Shown here one piece after another: positions 63,966 to 64,000 of a stretch of 64,000 nt of DNA. Made by a program: the position numbers and the translations under genes. The notes beneath the pieces are model-generated. The model had not been told where the DNA came from and made no database searches. It saw only the letters and a list, made by a program, of their open reading frames with translations. This DNA is from a virus (lineage: Duplodnaviria > Heunggongvirae > Uroviricota > Caudoviricetes), in the IMG/VR virus record IMGVR_UViG_2623620416_000002, positions 41,253 to 105,252 of that record. One strand, 5' to 3'. Position 1 is the first letter of the stretch. Each line of letters opens with the position of its first letter.

Positions 63966-64000
63966 ACCTTCTGTAATGTCGTAACGTTCTTCAAGGTATT

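Overview
This window looks like 64 kb from a large, AT-rich tailed-phage genome (T4-like or jumbo-myovirus style). There is no integrase, transposase, rRNA or CRISPR array. A rightward block at the left end (1–8.4 kb, + strand) encodes virion and tail-fibre-like proteins, including two paralogous fibre proteins with internal repeats and a highly acidic repeat protein. Almost everything after that is transcribed leftward (− strand). That − strand array contains: (i) nucleotide metabolism for a probably modified DNA: dCMP deaminase, a T4 gp42-like pyrimidine (dCMP) hydroxymethylase, ThyX, and class I ribonucleotide reductase NrdA/NrdB; (ii) an NAD+/ADP-ribose module: NAMPT homologue, macro-domain protein, PRPP-synthetase-family protein and an HD-domain (p)ppGpp-hydrolase-like protein, interleaved with small lipoproteins; (iii) at least 26 tRNA genes in 11 clusters, several split or flanked by four HNH endonuclease genes; (iv) peptide deformylase, DNA ligase, a DEDD exonuclease, a MoxR-like AAA+ ATPase paired with a VWA/HExxH-metallopeptidase protein, an SPFH/band-7 membrane protein, a PPP-family phosphatase, and a protease-rich locus (trypsin-like, subtilisin-like and ClpP-like); (v) a second ClpP-like gene broken by a frameshift. 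The feature I find most unusual is a ~410-bp ORF-free, GC-enriched, hairpin-dense element (33729–34140) bounded by a perfect 14-bp inverted repeat, sitting between two tRNA genes. It is a candidate structured ncRNA or MITE-like element. All calls rest on motif recognition by eye; the manual tRNA folds in particular should be re-checked with tRNAscan-SE/ARAGORN.
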